A stretch of DNA of 64,000 nucleotides, taken from assembly GCA_964035545.1 (NCBI GenBank), contig CAXIUT010000183.1:1364001-1428000 (forward strand), read 5' to 3'. Below are positions 59,901 through 64,000 of this stretch, piece by piece. The notes beneath the pieces were generated by a model. The model searched no databases. It was not told where the DNA came from and worked only from the letters and a program-made list of their open reading frames with translations. The position numbers and the translations under genes are program-made. Numbering within the stretch: the stretch's first letter is position 1; every line of letters starts with the position of its first letter. This DNA is from Bugula neritina. Taxonomy: Eukaryota > Animalia > Bryozoa.

Positions 59901-61499
59901 ACTGCAAGAAATTGAAATAGACTGCAACACAACAAAATATATGGTAAACTACTGAAATAGACTTTAACACATTGAAAAATACTGCAACATACAGAAATAT
60001 ACTGTAACACACTGAAATATACTGCAACATACTGAAATACACTGTAACATACTGAAATATACTGCAACATACTGAAATACACTGCTACATACTGAAATAT
60101 ACTGCAACATACTGCAACATGCTGCAACATACTGAAATACGCTGTAACATACTGAAATACACTGCAACATACTACAACATATTGAAATACACTGCAACAC
60201 ATTAAAATGTACTGCAACATACCGAAATATACGGTAATATACTGAAATATACTGTAACATCCTACAACATACTGAAATACACTGTAACATATTGAAATAC
60301 ACTGCAACACATTGAAATATACTGCAACATAACAAAATATATGGTAAACTACTGAAATAGACTTTAACACATTGAAAAATACTGCAACATACTGAAATAT
60401 ACTGTCCCACACTGAAGTATACTGCAACATACTGAAATACACTGTAACATACTGAAATATACTGCAACATACTGAAATACACTGCTACATACTGAAATAT
60501 ACTGCAACGTACTGCAACATACTCCAGCATACTGAAATACACTGTAACATACTGAAATACACTGCAACATACTACCACATATTGAAATACACTGCAACAC
60601 ATTGAAATGTACTGCAACATACCGAAATATATGGTAATCTACTAAAATATACTGTAATATATTGAAAAATACTGCAACATACTGAAATATACTGCGACAC
60701 CTAGCAATAAACTGTAACATACTGAAAAATGCTGTAGCACACTGAAATACACTGCCATTCACTGAAATATACTGCAACATACTGAAATACACCGCAACAT
60801 CCTACAACATACTGAAATACACTGTAACATATTGAAATACACCGCAACACATTGAAATATACTGCAACATAATGAAATATATGGTAAACTACTGAAATAT
60901 ATTTTAACACATCGAAAAATACTGGAACATACTGAAATATATTTTAACACATTGAAAAATACTGCTACATACTGAAATATACTGCAACATACTGCAACAT
61001 ACTGAAATACACTGTAACATAATGAAATAAACTGCAACATACTACAACATATTGAAATACACTGCAACACATTGAATTATACTGCAACATACCTAAATAT
61101 ACTGTAACACATTGAAAAAACTGCAACATACTGAAATACACTGCAACACACTGAAATACACTGCAAAATACCACAACATACTGAAATACACTGTAACATA
61201 CTGAAATATACTGCAACATACTGAAATACACTGCTACATACTGAAATATACTGCAACGTACTGCAACATACTCCAGCATACTGAAATACACTGTAACATA
61301 CTGAAATACACTGCAACATACTACCACATATTGAAATACACTGCAACACATTGAAATGTACTGCAACATACCGAAATATATGGTAAACTACTAAAATATA
61401 CTGTAACACATTGAAAAATACTGCAACATACTGAAATATACTGCGACACCTAGCAATATACTGTAACATACTGAGATATGCTCTAGCACACTGAAATAC

Positions 61500-63240
61500 A
61501 ATGCAACTTACTGAAATATACTGCAACATACTGAAATACACTGCAACATCCTACAATATGCTGAAATACACAGTAATATATTGAAATACACTGCAACACT
61601 TTGAAATACACTGCAACATACCGAAATATATGGTAAACTACTGCAACATACTACAACATACTGAAATACACTGCAACACATTGAAATATACTGCGACATA
61701 CCTAAATATACGGTAATATACTGAAATATACTGTAACACATTGAAAAATACTGCAACATACTGAAATATACTGTAACACACCGAAATATACTGCAACATA
61801 CTGAAATACACTGTAACATACTGAAATACACTGCTACATACTGAAATATACTGCAACATACTGCAACATACTGAAATACACAGTAACATACTGAAATAAA
61901 CTGCAACATACTACAACATATTGAAATACACTGCAACACATTGAAATATACTGCAACATACCTAAATATACGGTAATATACTGAAATTCACTGTAACGCA
62001 TTGCAAAATACTGCAACATACTGAAATTCACTGCGACACACTGAAATACGCTGCAAAATACTGAAATACACTGTAACATACTGAAATATACTGCAACATA
62101 CTGAAATACACTGCTACATACTGAAATTTACTGCAACATACTGCAACATACTGCAATACACTGTAAAATACTGAAATACACTCCAACATACTACAACATA
62201 TTGAAATACACTGCAACACATTGAAATACACTGCAACTTACCGAATATATGGTAAACTACTGAAATATACTGTAACGCATTGAAAAGTACTGCAACATAC
62301 TGAAATATACTGCGACACCTAGCAATAAACTGTAACATACTGAAATATGCTGTAGCACACTGAAATACACTGCCATTCACTGAAATATACTGCAACATAC
62401 TGAAATACACCGCAACATCCTACAATATGCTGAAATACACAGTAATATATTGAAATACACTGCAACACTTTGAAATACACTGCAACATACCGAAATATAT
62501 GGTAAACTACTGCAACATACTACAACATACTGAAATACACTGCAACACATTGAAATATACTGCGACATACCTAAATATACGGTAATATACTGAAATATAC
62601 TGTAACACATTGAAAAATACTGCAACATACTGAAATATACTGTAACACACCGAAATATACTGCAACATACTGAAATACACTGTAACATACTGAAATACAC
62701 TGCTACATACTGAAATATACTGCAACATACTGCAACATACTGAAATACACAGTAACATACTGAAATAAACTGCAACATACTACAACATATTGAAATACAC
62801 TGCAACACATTGAAATATACTGCAACATACCTAAATATACGGTAATATACTGAAATTCACTGTAACGCATTGCAAAATACTGCAACATACTGAAATTCAC
62901 TGCGACACACTGAAATACGCTGCAAAATACTGAAATACACTGTAACATACTGAAATATACTGCAACATACTGAAATACACTGCTACATACTGAAATTTAC
63001 TGCAACATACTGCAACATACTGCAATACACTGTAAAATACTGAAATACACTCCAACATACTACAACATATTGAAATACACTGCAACACATTGAAATACAC
63101 TGCAACTTACCGAATATATGGTAAACTACTGAAATATACTGTAACGCATTGAAAAGTACTGCAACATACTGAAATATATTGCGACACATTGCAATAAACT
63201 GTAACATACTGAAAAATGCTGTAGCACACTGAAATACACT
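61500..63240. repeat. 869-bp tandem duplication
   Basis: ORF offsets 61508/62377, 61834/62703, 62028/62897, 62114/62983. Confidence 0.88.
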
Positions 63241-64000
63241 GCCATTCACTGAAATATACTGCAACATACTGAAATACACCGCAACATCCTACAACATACT
63301 GAAATACACTGTAACATATTGAAATACACTGCAACACATTGAAATATACTGCAACATAACGAAATATATGGTAAACTACTGAAATATATTTTAACACATC
63401 GAAAAATACTGCAACATACTGAAATAGATTTTAACACATTGAAAAATACTGCAACATACTGAAATATACTGTAACACACTGAAGTACACTGCAACTCACT
63501 GAAATATACTGCAATATACTAAAATACACTGCAACATCCTACAAAATGCTGAAATACACTGTAACATATTGAAATATACTGCGACACCTAGCAATATACT
63601 GTAACATACTGAAATATGCTCTAGCACACTGAAATACAATGTAACTCACTGAAATATACTGCAACATACTGAAATACACTGCAACATCCTACAACATGCT
63701 GAAATACACTGTAACATAGTGAAATACACTGCAACACTTTGAAATATACTGCAACATACCGAAATATATGGTAAACTACTGCAACACACTACAACATATT
63801 GAAATACACTGCAACACATTGAAATATACTGCAACATACCTAAATATACGGTAATATACTGAAATATACTGTAACACACCGAAATATACTGCAACATACT
63901 GAAATACACTGTAACATACTGAAATATACTGCAACATACTGAAATACACTGCTACATACTGAAATATACTGCAACATACTGAAATATACTGTAACACACT

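Larger units (their letters stand above)
42235..64000. repeat. Same satellite array, right arm; open at the window end
   Basis: Resumes at AACAT-GCTGAAATACACTG exactly where the left arm was interrupted. Same monomers, variants and orientation. Confidence 0.99.

Noticed and set aside
204-63997. Hundreds of minus-strand ORFs (60-390 aa, MLQYISVCCSIFQYVAVYFS-like) as genes for Cys-rich or membrane proteins
   Set aside because: They are translations of the 20-bp repeat, whose reverse complement lacks stop codons. They overlap in all three frames with the same peptide, the period is not a multiple of 3, and ends are set by sporadic variants.
1-64000. CRISPR array or other repeat-spacer system associated with an RT
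   Set aside because: There are no unique spacers between constant repeats; everything is degenerate copies of one 10-mer. No cas or other accessory genes.
1-64000. Canonical telomeric repeat, or a named satellite such as the Drosophila 10-bp AATAACATAG
   Set aside because: No TTAGGG/TTAGG-like G-rich unit is present, and the monomer differs from that satellite. I cannot assign a known family or species without a search.
1-64000. Inversions or large inverted repeats within the array
   Set aside because: The A/C-rich strand stays on + throughout and all repeat-derived ORFs are on the minus strand; no orientation switch was seen.

Overview
Eukaryotic-type satellite DNA. About 97% of the window is one head-to-tail tandem array of ~10-bp monomers, mostly alternating ACTGAAATAY (A) and ACTGYAACAY (B) into a 20-bp dimer. 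The array has nested higher-order structure: a diverged ~250-bp unit and younger duplications with lags of about 370, 528, 618, 869, 1799, 3056, 3802, 4963, 5493, 7481 and ~24,067 bp. The only non-satellite sequence is a ~2-kb, 5'-truncated, apparently young non-LTR retrotransposon (LINE, CR1/L2 group) at ~40249-42238 (+). It has an uninterrupted RT-containing ORF2 fragment, a 3'-UTR stem-loop, AATAAA, a (CAAA)6 tail and a 5-bp AACAT target-site duplication. The hundreds of minus-strand ORFs are artefacts of a repeat that lacks stop codons on that strand. I see no evidence for a prokaryotic RT/CRISPR/DGR-type system or any demonstrably new biological system. The interesting signals are the satellite architecture (possibly (peri)centromeric) and the anatomy and relative dating of the LINE insertion. 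Lags were taken from offsets between identical ORFs in the supplied track and spot-checked by eye; duplication boundaries are approximate. The organism cannot be identified from the sequence alone.
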